This document shows, in pieces, positions 1-11,931 of a stretch of 64,000 bases of DNA; within the stretch, counting starts at the first letter, position 1, and each line of letters opens with the position of its first letter. Under the pieces are notes generated by a model that did not search any database, was not told the origin of the DNA, and saw only the letters and a program-made list of their open reading frames with translations. The translations under genes and the position numbers were made by a program. This stretch comes from Amphiscolops sp. MND2022 (Eukaryota): the NCBI GenBank assembly GCA_964187785.1, contig OZ076409.1:57724001-57788000 (forward strand), written 5' to 3'.

Positions 1-217
1 TGTCGGAGGCGTTTCTGTATCAGAGTCTCCAAAGGCCTATCAAAATACCGAATAAACGCAAAACGCATCATAAAAGAAAATATTTTATTAAAACGTCAGA
101 AAAGTTGCAACAAAAGAGTCTATCGAAGAGAAGTAAATTTTTCCCAAAGATGTTTGTTCAGCGAGAACTTCACTAATGTTCACTGCGTTCAAACGTACTT
201 GTTGTCAGCTTCTTTTA

Positions 218-250
218 CAGTCGAATACGTTCTCTATAAGTATTCGACTG
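218..250. mobile_element. 33-bp micro-MITE (pogo/Tc1-type ends)
   Basis: TA + CAGTCGAATAC ... GTATTCGACTG + TA: perfect 11-bp inverted ends beginning CAGT, flanked by TA on both sides. Confidence 0.55.
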
Positions 251-287
251 TATACTTTTTCTTCTCAGACCCATAAAAATTTCTTCT

Positions 288-742
288 TGTTAGAAATCTC
301 GAGCTAGATTCTTTCAAGTGTTTGAAAGAAAAAGCATACAATGAAAATTGAACTATACTGACTCAAGCCGCGTAACAGTGTATATGAATTCACAACGAGA
401 GTGAAATTGGACAACAACAATTGATTGACGTGAACTTAAATTAGAATGCGCCTTTTCGGTCATTTCGCAGAACTGCTGTCAATTTCACTGAAAGATACTA
501 CGTTTCATAGAATCATGTTACGTCATCACCATATATGGTACGACTCACGTCATGGACTCTTGGAATTTCCATGCATTTCAAGGAATCTGGCGCTACTGGT
601 ATTTTGTATGTAAATTAACCTGTTCATAGCCTTTATATACGGGGTGCTCAACCTATGATGCATCAATTCAGATCAAATAATATTCAATACAATATTCACT
701 TCTACAATCATCTTCAATCGCAATCCTGCTCATAATCCTAGA
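288..742 (+). repeat. 5' LTR of copia element 1
   Basis: TGTTAGAAATCTC...ATCCTAGA; about 13 substitutions versus 4824-5278 by manual comparison. Confidence 0.97.
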
Positions 743-756
743 GGTTATGGGCCCAG
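743..756 (+). promoter_or_regulatory. Primer-binding site complementary to the anticodon region of initiator tRNA-Met (half-tRNA priming)
   Basis: GGTTATGGGCCCAG directly after the LTR; the same motif as the Drosophila copia PBS. Confidence 0.9.
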
Positions 757-828
757 TCTAACAACTCTCAGACGTGCTCAACTTGTGGAAGACGTGCCTG
801 GCTCAATCTAGACGAACTGGCTTCCAAG

Positions 829-3800
829 ATGGATTTCAAGCTTGCCCAATTCAGTGGAAAGGCGGAGGACTTCCCCACTTGGAGCACGAAGTTTGTGGCA
901 TTCATGCAGACGAAGGGACTGTTAAGTGCTGTGATGGGTCAAGACGATACTCCAGATGAATTGGAGCAACTGGTTGACGGGGCAACTGCAGAGCAGATGT
1001 CAGAACACGAAACCTAAGTGGCTGAGGGGGAGAAGATCATGAAGGGCATCAAGAATCGCAACAATGAAGTCTGGTGCAATCTGGTTCTGGTACTGGACAA
1101 CACTACTCTGATGTGCCTTCGCAGTGACTGCTTCAATCAGAGGACTGGTTTTGGAGATGGAGCTCTGGCGTGGAAGATTCTATTGGAACGCTTCAACTCT
1201 TCTGAGAGGCCGAGAGTGGTCAGTCTTGTGGGACAGCTGGCCAAACTCCGCCTAGGTCCAACCGAGAAACTAGATGACTACTTCGTCAGAAGTCAAGAGC
1301 TGATGACCAGGCTTAGCGATGCTGGTGAACGGGTCTCGGACACACTCTTCAATGCTCTGGTAATCAATGGCCTCCCCGAGCAATACGAGCATATTGTGGT
1401 CCAGGAGAGCTTTCAACCTGCAACAACGTTCCAGGAGCTCAGAACAAGGTTACGCAATTTCGAAGACGCGAAACGGCTGAGGCGAGAGGAGCAGCAGACT
1501 GGCAATCATGTAACGATGCATGGGCTGAGGAAGGGCAATTCACGCGATGCGAAGAAGGGTGGTGCTGGACACAAAGCTCAGAGGAAGAAGGGCATTGACC
1601 ACATTACGTGCTATAGATGTGAGAAAAAGGGGCACTATCAGCGGGACTGCAAGGAACCTGAGAGCTCAAGCAGTGCAAAGACGTTTTCAGCCTCAAGGTC
1701 TGGCTGGAAACTGGAGTCCTCATTTGTAGTGGACTCAGGTTGCACTGATCACGTGGTCTACGACAGGTCTCTCTTCACGACGTTTGAGGCATCCAACACT
1801 GGAGAGGGTGTGGTCAACCCGAATGGCTCTCTCGCAGACGTGAAGGGAAAGGGCACTGTGGAGGCGTCCATTACTGATGTCAACGGCATTGAGCGAATGT
1901 ACAAATTCCACGACGTTTTGTTCGTCCCAAGCTACAATGTGAACCTGATGAGTGTCAGTAGGGCGGAGGCGAAGGGCAACACTTTCATCTTCACGAGTGG
2001 CCAACCGGTCATTCAATGTGGCCAAAACGAAGCATTGCCGATGTGTCTTCAGGGTCAGCTCTACTATCTTCAATGCAGATTCAGTGGCCTGGCTCGAGCA
2101 CACTCAGCGAAGGAGACAAGGGATGCAACGCTCTGGCACAGACGGATGGGGCACCTAAGTTTCAACGATGTCAGGAAGGTGCACTCTGACCTCAACGGGG
2201 GCCAAAGTGAAGTGTGTGAAGTGTGTTCGATGTCCAAGCTTCATGAACTACCAGTTCCAAAGCAAGCCCAGACGAGGAGCAAACACAAGGGCGAGCGGGT
2301 CTTCAGCGACATTCAAGGACCGTTCGAGGTGCCCAGTTTACATGGGGCACGGTATGCACTGACGTTCACTGACGATTTCAGTCGATATACAGTGGTCAAT
2401 TTTGTGGTGCGCAAAAGTGACACCCTTTAGTGCTTCAAAGAATACGTGGTTCGTTACGGGGCACCAACAGAATTTCGAACTGACAATGGTGGAGAATACA
2501 CTTCAACAGCATTCAAGAACTACTGTAAATCAATGGGTATACATCAGGAGCTGACGGTGCCGGGTACCCCACAACAAAATGGAGTGGCCGAGAGATTCAA
2601 CAGAGTCAGTATTGAAATGACAAGATGTTTGCTGCTTGAGGGAAAGCTGGGCAAACAGTTCTGGGTCAGGGCCATGGCAACTGCTGTTTACCTACGCAAC
2701 CGACGTCCAACAAGCAGCAACGATGGAAGATCACCATACGAGGTCTATTTCGGTAACAAACCAAAATTAGATCATGTTAGGGTTTTTGGCTGCTTAGGTT
2801 ATGTTCGCAAGAGGTCTGCAAAGAGATCCAAGCTGGACAACAAGGCAACGAAGGCCAAGTTCATTGGGTACGACGACAACAGCAAGGCCTACCTCATGAT
2901 GGATACAGTGACACAGACGGTGATCAAAGCAAGGAGTGTGAATTTCGACAAGAACAACATTCCACTTCTGGGTGGAGGTACACCGAACGAGGAAAGTGAA
3001 ATCTTCATTTCATTGAGTTTTCCTCCAAGGTCTCACGAGGACACAGTGGGGGACAACACTAAAGAAAACGCAGAGGCCCAAGCTGCCGCAGAGGTCACTG
3101 GTGATCAAGACGAAGACAATGGTCAAACAGTTGGGGTTCAACCAGCCAACACGCGACCGAGAAGGGAAATCAGGGTCCCAACGTGCTATGGTCTAGCGTA
3201 CTCGCATGCTGCTGAGGCAATCTACCCTGACGAACCTGACAGCTACAGAGAGGCATTGGCATCTCCAGAAAAGGAGAAGTGGCAGGCTGCAATGCAAGAC
3301 GAATTGAATTCGCTCAACGATAATTCAACATGGACGCTAGTTGACGGGCCAAAGGATAGAAAGGTGATCACTGGGCGCTGGGTCTACAAGATCAAGACAG
3401 ATGAGCAAGGAAACATCGATAAGTTCAAGGCTCGCTATGTCGCGAAGGGTTTCGTGCAAGTCCCGGGACTGGACTTTCACGAGGAGTATGCTCCAACGTG
3501 CAAACCAGAAACGATGAGAACTTTGTTCGCACTAGCTGCTCAGTGGGGCCTAGAGCTTCATCGAATGGACATCAAAACGGCCTACTGAAACTCACTTTTG
3601 ACAGAAACGGTCTACATGGAACAACTAGAAGGGTTCACAGAGGGCAACGACAAAGTGTGTTTACTTCAACGCAGTGTTTATGGTTTGAAGCAAGCAGGAC
3701 GAGATTGGTATCAAACGCTAAGTTCTGTTGTAGAGGAAACGGGTTTCATTAGAAGCAAAAATGATTTTTGCCTCTTCACAAGCAGCGTGGGAGACGAATT

Positions 3801-4816
3801 GTGCTACGTTCTGTTGTGGGTAGATGACATCATCATTGGCTGCAAGAGCAAGGGCCGCATCAACAAACTGAGAGACGACTTCAACCAGCGTTTCAGAATG
3901 GACGATCGTGGGCAACTGGCGTGGTTTCTGGGCATGACAATCAAGCAACAACCCGGTGCTGTGACTGTCAGTCAAACACAGTACATTGATGAGTGCCTCA
4001 GACGATATGGTCTAGATGACTGCAAGCCTGTGTCAACACCGGCAGATGTGAACAGTTCAATTCAGTAAAGCTGATTGTCTAGAGGGTGATTCAACAGAAG
4101 CATCAGAGATGAAAGCCTGTGATTACCGAGGAATAGTGGGTTGTCTATTATACATAGCCGAGCAGACTCGACCTGACATTCTGGCGACAGTGAGCAGACT
4201 CTCCAGATACCTGGAGAAACCTGGCAAGGTTCACTGGATGGCTGCGAAGCGAGTGCTGCGGTATCTGACAGGCACCCGGGAGCTTGGTTTGACGTTTCGA
4301 CGAGATGCTGACGGGCTTCAACTTTTTGGAGCATGCGACGCGGACTGGGCCAGTGACGTCGATGACAGACGGTCAACAACTGGTTTTGCATTCATGGTCC
4401 AGAAGGAAGGAGCGGCGATCAGCTGGAACTCGAAGAAGCAACCAACAGCAGCTATTTCGAGCAGCGAGGCAGAATATCAAGCAATGGCAGCAGCGGTGCA
4501 AGAGGTTCTCTACCTGAGATCTTTATTGGAAGAGATGAGTGTCAAGTCAGAGGGAGCCACAGTCATACAAGAGGACAACCAAAGCTGCATCAAGATGTGC
4601 AAGAATCCTGTGATGCAGAAGCGAACTAAGCACATAGACATCAAACACCATTTCGTCAGAGAGAGGGTAGAGGACGGAACTGTCGAACTCCAATACTGTG
4701 CAACGGAAGACATGTGTGCAGACCTGATGACCAAAGCTCTGGCTAAGCCAAAACTTGAAAAAGGGATCGAGTTCTTGGCGGAAACAGTCTGGAACTTCAG
4801 GAGAAGGTCAGACTGA
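829..4816 (+). pseudogene. Copia gag-pol polyprotein with three in-frame stops and at least one frameshift
   Basis: CCHC knuckle CYRCEKKGHYQRDC; protease VVDSGCTDH; integrase WHRRMGH..CEVC, RTDNGGEY, QQNGVAER; RT KARYVAKG, LLWVDD; RNase H CDADWA. Stops at 1015-1017, 2428-2430 and 3586-3588; frameshift near 4060. Confidence 0.95.
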
Positions 4817-4823
4817 GTGGGGG
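4815..4823 (+). promoter_or_regulatory. Polypurine tract of copia element 1
   Basis: GAGTGGGGG immediately before the TG of the 3' LTR. Confidence 0.85.
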
Positions 4824-5278
4824 TGTTAGAAATCTCGAGCTAGATTCTTTCAAGTGTTTGGAAGAAAAAGCATACAATGAAAATTGAACTAACCTGACTC
4901 AAGCCGGGTAACAGTGTAAATGAATTCACAACGAGAGTGAAATTGGACAACAACAATTGATTGACGTGAACTTAAATTAGAATGCGCCTTTTCGGTCATT
5001 TCGCAGAACTGCTGTCAATTTCACTGAAAGATACTACGTTTCATAGAATCATGTTACGTCATCACCTTATATGATACGACTCACGTCATGGACTCTTGGA
5101 ATTTCCATGCATTTCAAGGAATCTGGCGCTGTTAGTATTTTGTATGTGAATTAACCTGTTCTTAGCCTTTATATACGGGGTGCTCAACCTATTATGCATC
5201 AATTCAGATCAAATAATATTCAATACAATATTCACTTCTACAATCATCTTCAATCGCAATCCTGCTCATAATCCTAGA
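4824..5278 (+). repeat. 3' LTR of copia element 1
   Basis: Direct repeat of 288-742, followed by the TSD CTTCT. Confidence 0.97.
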
Positions 5279-5896
5279 CTTCTCACGGAAATTTTTCAAT
5301 GATTTCTTTCTGACAATAGCTGCTGATGCTCGTTCAACTTTGAAAGCATTGTCCACTTGGTTTAGAGGGTAACGCTCGTTTTGCTTTTGCTACAACGTGA
5401 GCGAGTTCTTATATATGTACGTTGGTCCGCGTGGCACGCGCTAGATAAAAAACTTTTTAGCCTGGCAAAGGTGGAAGGAAAATAAAGGGTCCCCATTTGA
5501 GGTTTTTCGGATCTGTTTGACCTTATTCCAGGAAAATGGGAATTATCAAGTTTGGTTTTTAGCAAGGAAAAAGCGTTTTGCAGGTTTAGAGAACCCATTT
5601 GTAATCTTTGCTATCACAAGAATTTTTCCGAGATTTTTTTTCAGAAACAACTTTCACAGAAAAATTTTCGAAAACTTTGTTTCCAAGCTCCTGAGTTTTT
5701 GATGTTTCAATTTACAGAAACCCGTTCTTCAAGTTTCAGAGGCTGATTTCTTCTTTTACTGCTTTTCTGAATTGTGCGATTTTTTTCAAAATTTAGAAAT
5801 AGGAAAAGCTCCACCATAGTCGTTTCATTAAAGTGGTAGTATTATTCAGTTAAACTGAAATTCAAAGTGTACGCAGGGTCGCCAAACGATTTTCAC

Positions 5897-6296
5897 TAGG
5901 GGTCGGTGGTTAACCGAACCGAACCGAAAACCGAACCGACTCGTGTATGAGCCGAAAACCGAAAACTGAAACTTCATTACGGTTCTGTTCACATGTACTC
6001 GGTATTAATAAGGGTGTTGTGAAATATGCGGCGTATATTGCAGCGTATAACCCTGCATTTCTTAGAAATAGAACAACTAACAACCACTGCTGCTCGCCGT
6101 ATTTTCCATTGATCAATTATAATCCAACCAGTTTCATTGATTCAAAAGTTCTATTAAATTTTTCCGCAAAACATTAGATTTTAAACTTGAGATTTTTTAG
6201 ACTTGAGAAAACCGAATCGAAGTTGAAAACCCATTTTTTGGCCGAACCGAACCAAAACCGAACCGAGTTTGAAATTTCCCCAACCGCCGACGCCTA
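5897..6296. mobile_element. hAT-type MITE (400 bp)
   Basis: TIRs TAGGGGTCGGTGGTT / AACCGCCGACGCCTA (2 mismatches); 8-bp TSD ATTTTCAC (5889-5896, 6297-6304); subterminal AACCG repeats. Confidence 0.9.
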
Positions 6297-6543
6297 ATTT
6301 TCACTACTTTAAGAGAGTTGAACGACAAAATATAATATATCTTCAAGAAAATTTAAAAAGCGAGAGTCTGAAATGATCCAAAAAATTTGTCGTAGCTAAA
6401 ATATTTCAAGGTGGAACTCATCTCGGTGCTAAAAATAGTGGTATATTTCTAGAAATTATCTTAGGTTTTCCCCTCATCATTGAAGTAGTTGGAAAAATCC
6501 CAGTTGTTAAATATAAATTTCTGATTTTTAAAAAACCTCTCCG

Positions 6544-6649
6544 GCTCAATCATTTAACTATATGTATATTAGCTGTCAGAAAATCCTCCGTTCACAGGGT
6601 TCTGTTAATTAGGGTTTTTCTGACAGCTAATTTAGGTAAATGAATGAGC
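6544..6649. repeat. ~105-bp imperfect hairpin (short MITE-like)
   Basis: GCTCAATCATTTAACTA...ATTAGCTGTCAGAAAA pairs with TTTTCTGACAGCTAAT...TAGGTAAATGAATGAGC. Confidence 0.7.
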
Positions 6650-7473
6650 TCGTTCCTGGAATTTGCAGGTGTTTCAAAGGAGAGGAGCAAATACGAGAGC
6701 GAATAACCTTCCTTTTGATATTTCAAAAAATGCTAGTGTTTAAACTATTTTGTTCGAAATTGTCTTCTTAGCTCCATGGCCAAGATCTCGGCTAAATCGA
6801 TAATTGACAGGCAGAAAATTACATTTTTTTCGAATGCCTCTCTCATGGCAATTATCATAATGAATGCATTCGTGAAACTCAGTGAGAAGTGTAAGATTTA
6901 GATTTTCTGAATTCCGTTTAAAATTGGACTGCACTTTTGTGAAACGAAAGCAGCGGTGTCAAATTTAATTCTGGCAATATTCAAAAAAGTTTCATTTTTA
7001 TTTGATTCTAACCAAGAATTCAAGATTCATACGCAAGATTTTAACGCAAGAACGTTATGAAAATGTGCAGTCTTGCAAGATCTTCACTGGAGAAGAAGTG
7101 GAAACTCAAAACCTAGATACATTTAATTGGGCCTGCAAGTGCCCAACACTTCGACTTATATAAAAGTGGATGGGTTGATAGAAAAAAAAACAATTGCCGA
7201 CAACTGACTTATCTGCTATGTTAGCTAAGAACTGCTATGTTTGAGACATTCGAGCCCGCATTTCACAAAAAGACAAGCAAAATATTGACATCGACTCACC
7301 TTAATTGAGTTTGCACTTTGAATTATCGTTAGGAGAATCATTAATTCAAAAAAATCAAGAAAAGTCGTTTTGAAAGATCAGAATTTCTTTTACAAACTTT
7401 TGGCGTTGAAGAAACCATTTTTCAAAAAGTTTCTTGAGTAACTGTACGTTCTCTGTGCGTAATTCAAGCTATG

Positions 7474-7656
7474 CGGAAAACTCGTCGAAAACAACTCGCC
7501 GAATGCAACTCGTCGAAAACAACTCGCCGAATGCTACTCGTCGAAAACAACTCGCCGAATGCAACTCGTCGCAAACAACTCGTCAAAATTAAAGAGCGGA
7601 AAACTGGTCGAAAATTAACTCGTCGAATAATACTTGAGTGCAAACTTGTCGAATAA
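7474..7656 (+). repeat. Tandem array of the 14-bp unit AAAACAACTCGTCG
   Basis: About 12 degenerate units; the same unit recurs at 8011-8135, inverted at 8290-8372, and as a degraded copy near 47420-47475. Confidence 0.9.
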
Positions 7657-7729
7657 TAGCAGATTACAAACAGGGATTATCCGGTGCTAATTATGGATTA
7701 ATTTTCATTAATTGATACGTGAAGTTTTC

Positions 7730-7887
7730 AGTATCATGCATAGTATAGCTTTTCTAGTTATATAATTGCTTGAAGTGTTTCACTTTTATAGTTAACAGTG
7801 TAATACCGAAGTATTACACTGTTAACTATGAAAAAGAAACACTTCAAGCGATTATATAACTAGAAAAGCTATATTATGAAAGATACT
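7730..7887. repeat. 158-bp hairpin with a 4-nt CGAA loop
   Basis: Arms symmetric about 7808/7809; core ATAGTTAACAGTGTAATAC-CGAA-GTATTACACTGTTAACTAT. Confidence 0.93.
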
Positions 7888-7895
7888 CTATTATG

Positions 7896-8489
7896 CAAGA
7901 AAGCTCTTGGTTGAGGAAGACTCTGCTGATTTGATTCAATTATTTAACCCAGGAATCAAAATTTTTGAGAATTATTTTCAATGTTTTTAATTATTGTGAA
8001 CCGAATCTAGGAAAACTCGTCGAAAACAACTCGAGGAAAACAACTCGTCGAAAACAACTCGACGAAAACAACTCGACAAAAACAACTCGCCGAAAACAAC
8101 TGGTCGAAAATACTAGGCGGAAAACTCGTCGAAAGAACAGAAAATAATCTCAGACAAATATAGCGGTAACTTAGTGATCGTACTGTGTTATTAAGTTCTA
8201 ACTTAATATGAATTCATATTAAGTTAGAACTTAATAACACAGTACGATCACTAAGTTACCGCTATATTTGCCCGAGATTATTTTCTGTTCTTTCGACGAG
8301 ATTTCCGCCTAGTATTTTCGACCAGTTGTTTTCGGCGAGTTGTTTTCGTCGAGTTGTTTCCGACGAGTTTTCCTAGATTCCGTTCACAATAATTAAAAAC
8401 ATTGAAAATAATTCTCAAAAATTTTGATTCCTGGGTTTAATAATTGAATCAAATCAGCTGAGTTTTCTTCAACCAAGAGCTTTTACTTG
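7896..8489. repeat. ~590-bp spacerless palindrome (foldback)
   Basis: Centred on GAATTC at 8210-8215; perfect over 8155-8270; the outer arms match apart from point changes and about three missing 14-mers in the right arm. Confidence 0.95.
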
Positions 8490-8803
8490 ATTAACTCAGT
8501 TTACCCAGCAATTTTTAAATCAAAAACCGCCCAGTTGTACACGTTGTTTGTCGACAAAATGAACCGCTTGAATAATTTAACTGCCAACATTTCCAAAAAC
8601 TGCAAAAAAAACATCTCCAAAAACTGGATAAGATCGAGAAACATTAATAAACCAAAAGGAGATTTTAAGTTTTCAGTTGGCAATTTACATTGGAAAAACA
8701 ATTATTTTCCCAAGACGACTCGTCGAATGATTTTTAGAAGTAAATGTAAAATGTAAAGTAAAATCCCCGATGTCAAAAAAGTTATATGCATATCTGTACT
8801 GAC

Positions 8804-9014
8804 CTCCTGCCCGGTGTCATCAAGTGAGTCATTCAGACTCAAAACGGTGGGCACGTCCATGATGACGTCAGCAGTCTCTGTCACTCTCTGGCGAATGACG
8901 TAATCAGGTTGGGGACATGATGCAATGAAAAAATTAGTCACGATAGTCACAGAGCGGGTATTTGCTGAGTTGGTGCAGATTATGCGTACATTCGAGGAAA
9001 GGTATGACAGATCA
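8804..9014 (-). CDS. Internal exon of the minus-strand host gene (DLSYLSSNVRIICTNSANTRSV...VLSLNDSLDDTGQE)
   Basis: Acceptor ttttttcttctgtttcAG, donor GAG|GTcagt; 211 nt, open, phase 2 to 0; GC-richer than its flanks. Confidence 0.7.
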
Positions 9015-10961
9015 CTGAAACAGAAGAAAAAACAAATCAGTTATTCTAATTGAGTATTAGAAACAAGTTGATGTCTATAAAATTGAACAAATTAGTGTAA
9101 TAATTTCTAAAAATAGAATAGAAAAACGATTCGTTCTTCATTCTGTGCTGTTATTAAGACATCAGTAGTACACTTCTGTGCCAAATGATCGAATGCTACA
9201 AATTTGACAATATACGAGCTTGTAAAAACACTTCTGAAAATGCTAGTTATCACAAACTATCTTTGAAGGAACTAAATTATATATTTTTTCCTAGCCTATT
9301 ATGCTTATAAATTGTCTGTGGTACAGTCTAGTCTGGACTACCCAACAACAGCTCACGAACTTAATTAACAGCTTACCAGCATTATACGTCTGATGTGACC
9401 TAGATACATTTGAAAATTTTCATTATGCTTTGGAGCTAGCCAGCATGTTATCGGAGTCTTTCTTTTACGAACATCTAATCTGGTTGATCAAGTAGATACT
9501 TAGAATGCAACATTGTCCATACTGCATTCATACATTCAAGGTAATTTTTCTCACAAAACATGGAAAATCCAGAAGTTTGCAAAGAAAATTTTTGTAAGAT
9601 GAAAATGAAGCTTTTGTTGTAACCAAATTCAGAAGTTTTGTCACTGATAACGTTATTTCAAAACTTCTGCTTTTCAGCGACTCAACTGATGCAATCAGCT
9701 GTACACTCAATTTACTTAATAAGAACATGGTTTATAAGAAAACGAACCTCGGAATTGAAAATATCGAAGAACAACCTAAGAACACGGCCAGCCTCAGATC
9801 CTAAAGTATCTACAAACGATATTGTTCCCACGAGGGATGACAGATTTTGTAAATACGACTTTACCAAAATCTTGCTGCAAAAAATTTTCCGCTTAATTAA
9901 ATAATTTCAATGAATACCATCAAAATAACTTATTGGAACGCGAAAAAAATAGAAATAACTTATTTTTTTTCGCTGATAAAATACAAAGAATTTATTTCTA
10001 GCATCAAACAATTTTACCAATAAAACAACATTTAAAAAAATCAGATGATCATGCTGAAAACCTCTTGAAGCGACGAAAAGTGTGCGAACCGGCGGTGACT
10101 TTGAAGTGTGTACAATCCTGTGATAAAAGAACGGAACCCCTGATTGGTAATAAAGTTTGCAACCTAATGCGTGTGCGAATTTCTCAAAAACTGACAAAAA
10201 TTTCAAAATATGATAGAAACAAAAGTTTCTTGGATTTCTGTCGGGTTTATAAACATCTATTTTTGGTAGCCTTAAAACTAATCCGAGACAAGTTTGGAAA
10301 GAATATTTTTACATAGATACTTTTAGAAATTCAGTTGCAGAGTCTAAATTAGGACCGGAAGCAGGCCATTATTTACTTTTTAATATTGTTCAAGGTGCCC
10401 ATCATCCACTCGAACATTTTCGATACCCTAGAGTGTACATGCAAAAAGAAAATCACAAATCTATAAGTCTTAAATCTATACCCAATCTTAATACATGTAT
10501 TGGAATTATTTCAGTGGAGATTCTTGATTTCTTTGGACATGTCAATATTAAGTGCCTCAAAGTTTGACAGTGCAATCAGTGGACAGCGAGGAACCGATTG
10601 ATAAAGAAAAACTAATCAAAATTGTTTGTAAATTACACAAAAATTTAGAACTAGGTTTGCAAACCAAATATTACATAAAGATAAATATTACATTGAAAAC
10701 TAAATTATCGAATATTCGTCATAGAAGATTCAAACGAACACGAATGTGAACTAGAACAAAATTTGAGAAATTGTTGTGAAAAGCATTTCTTTTGAATATC
10801 AGTAATTTTCGAGACATGGGCAGAAAAATAGGTGTTCCAAACAATATTAGCAATTAGGGGTTCCATTCGTTTATCACAGGACTGTACCTCCGTTATCCAA
10901 TGTATGTGGAGGAGGTTTCAGTTGGAACCGACTCACAAAGAATCATTAGCGTCACACTCTA

Positions 10962-11931
10962 GAACCATGCCATCTATTTCCCCCCCCAAAACTGTGACAG
11001 GGGAGAAATAAGACACAAGGTTCAAATAACAATGTTATGTCGACATCGTTTGCGTTGGAATTTTGGTCCAATAAACTAATTGATGTCGACATAAATCTTT
11101 TACATTCACTGCCAGTTAAAGGTTGCTCCTTCGATTTTATCGCGAAGAGAATTTGCGCTGAAATAGGGGCCTTTTTATACGTTTTTAGCTTGTTCCAAAC
11201 GTGAATTTCTGCTACTTTGGACAATAATATTTAAAAAATTAGGGTATTTTTAGTCGGCGTTTTCGAAGAAAATCCCGACTCTTACAGTGGCTAGTTTTTT
11301 TTCGTCAGTTCAACGCGAAACGTCCACTTTTTGTGCATTAATGCACATTTACCAACTTTTACCATATGTACTTAGTACTTCATTTTCAACGCATCCAAAG
11401 CCTCTAACAAGAGATAAAAAGCAGAAGGGTCCACTTTTTTCAACACTATGAGACTTTCCTCATTTTTTCGGCACTGTGAGACTGATTTTTTTCCGAAATT
11501 TTTTTTATTGTTCCTCTAATCCAATTTTGATAATTTGCAACAGAATGGATGTTCAAAAAATCCCAAAGCGTCCCTCCTTTTACATTTTTCGGCACTATGC
11601 GACTTACCGGAAACTTCAAAAAAAATTTCGAAAAAAAATTCGGAATTTTTTTCTCAGTTTTTAGTTTTTTGAGAGGTTTTGTTGTCTCCAGTTGTAGAAA
11701 AAGTGGTTCTCGAGTCTTTCTGAGCCTTAGATATGGCGCCGACTTGGGCCGTTCTCGGCTTGTTTTAAGTGAAGTGTCAAAACAGTTGTAGAGACAATCT
11801 TCTAAGTATTCACATTCATATAATATTCTCTTTTTAATAAAATATTTTATTCAAGAACAAAATGTGCTTTCGTGTTGGGGGGGGGGGGTTCCCAACAAGG
11901 TGTACCTGGGGGGAAATAGATGACATGGTCC
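10962..11931. mobile_element. Merlin-like MITE copy interrupted by a HINE insertion
   Basis: TIRs ACCATGCCATCTATTTCCCCCCC / GGGGGGAAATAGATGACATGGT; the interior is homologous to 12919-13365. Confidence 0.75.
11247..11766 (+). mobile_element. Helentron-associated non-autonomous element (HINE/DINE-1-like), copy A
   Basis: 5' T-run + AGTCGGCG subTIR with nearby inverted CCGACT; 3' subTIR GCGCCGACT; GCCG-n4-CGGC stem-loop + TTGTT; inserted in a T-run with no TSD (empty site near 13195). Confidence 0.8.

Larger units (their letters stand above)
288..5278 (+). mobile_element. Full-length Ty1/copia LTR retrotransposon (decayed)
   Basis: Two 455-bp direct LTRs; 5-bp TSD CTTCT (283-287, 5279-5283); PBS; PPT; internal order gag-PR-IN-RT-RNase H. 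Confidence 0.98.

Noticed and set aside
7474..8372. Regular short repeats as a CRISPR array
   Set aside because: The 14-mers are contiguous with no unique spacers, there are no cas genes, and the context is eukaryotic.
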